A stretch of DNA of 64,000 nucleotides from Ginglymostoma cirratum (lineage: Eukaryota), in NCBI GenBank assembly GCA_024137785.1, contig JAHRHZ010000082.1, forward strand, positions 9,763,533 through 9,827,532. The letters run 5' to 3'. The translations under genes were made by a program, and so were the position numbers. Shown in pieces: positions 63,471-64,000 of the stretch. Numbering within the stretch: the stretch's first letter is position 1; each line of letters starts with the position of its first letter. The notes below the pieces were generated by a model that worked only from the letters and a program-made list of their open reading frames with translations, ran no database searches and was not told the DNA's origin.

Positions 63471-63514
63471 TGAGAAGGGAACAGTTGATGAAGGTGGCTC
63501 ACTATTCACTTTCT

Positions 63515-63590
63515 CAGTGGAAATTAGGGATGGGCCATAAATGCTAGCCTAGCTGGTGTTCCCCACATCCATGAAAGAATAAAAAGAACA
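63515..63590 (+). mobile_element. LINE/SINE shared 3' tail fragment
   Basis: aattagggatgggccataaatgctagcctagc...ccacatccatgaaagaataaaaa. Confidence 0.7.
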
Positions 63591-64000
63591 ATGTTTCATT
63601 ATGATGGTATTATGGTGTTGAGGGGTTGATCTGCAAGGACAAACAATTAAAACCTGCAAAATATTGCTTGACTATCCTACAAAACCTTGTAACGTTAAAC
63701 AAGCAAATCAGGAATTTGGTAAATATGTAATGGGGAGAAAATTGCAGGCCCATAGGGAAAGAACAAAGAATAGCAACTAAGTAGATAGTTCCTTCCAAAA
63801 GACAATGCATGTGCAATGAGTCAAATGGCTTCCTTTATTGTACGATTCCATGGTTTTAACATTTTTCTATCATTCATGTAATATTTTGCATTCATCATGC
63901 GTTAAAGTGATGGGCACGATTGGTAGGAGCCATCAACAGTACTGTGTAACAAGTCACCCTATTGTAGGGGAGTTGATATTTACTTTTGATGGATTTGGAA

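Overview
AT-rich vertebrate genomic DNA with no recognisable intact protein-coding gene, rRNA, tRNA or CRISPR array; it reads as intergenic or large-intron sequence. The repeat content points to a cartilaginous fish (shark): HER1/CR1 LINEs, a HE1-type V-SINE, Deu-domain SINEs and Penelope-like termini. This taxon call is an inference from repeat families only. A large part of the window is decayed or nested transposable elements: CR1, L2 and a second CR1-group LINE, four SINE families, Penelope-like elements (PLEs), two related solo LTRs, a fossil Ty3/Gypsy pol, a Harbinger Myb/SANT remnant and a Tc1/mariner MITE. The most structured signal is a set of nine PLE termini carrying minimal type I hammerhead ribozyme motifs. 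Several have intact catalytic cores, and helix II shows a compensatory change. Two PLE mini-insertions are palindromic and have exact 14-bp target-site duplications. Other observations are three short local duplications (24, 29 and about 130 bp), an unidentified decayed spliced coding-like tract, and several repeat-free islands rich in Pbx/Hox/Meis motifs that may be enhancers. All identifications were made by eye; repeat boundaries are approximate unless a TSD or TIR is given.
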